From an uncultured Enterocloster sp. (GTDB lineage Bacteria > Bacillota > Clostridia > Lachnospirales > Lachnospiraceae), in the NCBI GenBank assembly GCA_944382045.1, contig CALWMT010000001.1, positions 1 through 48,056 on the forward strand: DNA of 48,056 nt, given 5' to 3'. Positions 48,007 to 48,056 of the stretch are shown piece by piece (positions within the stretch are counted from its first letter, which is position 1; each line of letters opens with the position of its first letter). The notes under the pieces were generated by a model. It was not told where the DNA came from, did not search any database, and saw only the letters and a program-made list of their open reading frames with translations. A program made the translations under genes and the position numbers.

Positions 48007-48049
48007 CTCCTTTAGTTTTGTTTTACGAGTGGAAGGTCTCGAACACTCG
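48007..48049 (-). ncRNA. preQ1-I riboswitch
   Basis: CGAGUG-UUCGAGACCUUC-CACUCG-UAAAACAAAACUAA-AGGAG: P1 stem, UUCG-led loop and A-rich tail running into the SD of queT. Confidence 0.85.
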
Positions 48050-48056
48050 ATTCATT

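Overview
A 48-kb chromosomal segment from a spore-forming, fairly GC-rich Clostridia bacterium (gene content and order suggest Lachnospiraceae; this is inference). About 39 CDS, mostly on the minus strand. Housekeeping genes: queT, a gltD-like gene, murC, dnaD/dnaC-like, prs, recA-recX-rny, leuB-ilvD-ilvB, serC-serA-DUF1015, class III fbp, spoIID-spoIIQ, and a LacI-yiaK unit. A plus-strand accessory block at 6786-14136 encodes a diverged isoaspartyl dipeptidase, a YfcC-type transporter and a four-gene operon (LhgO/GlpA-like flavoprotein, NAD(P)/FAD oxidoreductase, DUF1667, LarA-like protein). Visible non-coding features: a singlet glycine riboswitch, a preQ1-I riboswitch, a LexA box, three LacI operators, a WalR-like box, sigE/sigF-type promoters, a tandem DnaA-box cluster, and a candidate unannotated sRNA with C-rich loops at about 16271-16380. 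I saw no rRNA, tRNA, CRISPR array or transposase. All family calls come from motif recognition, not database searches.
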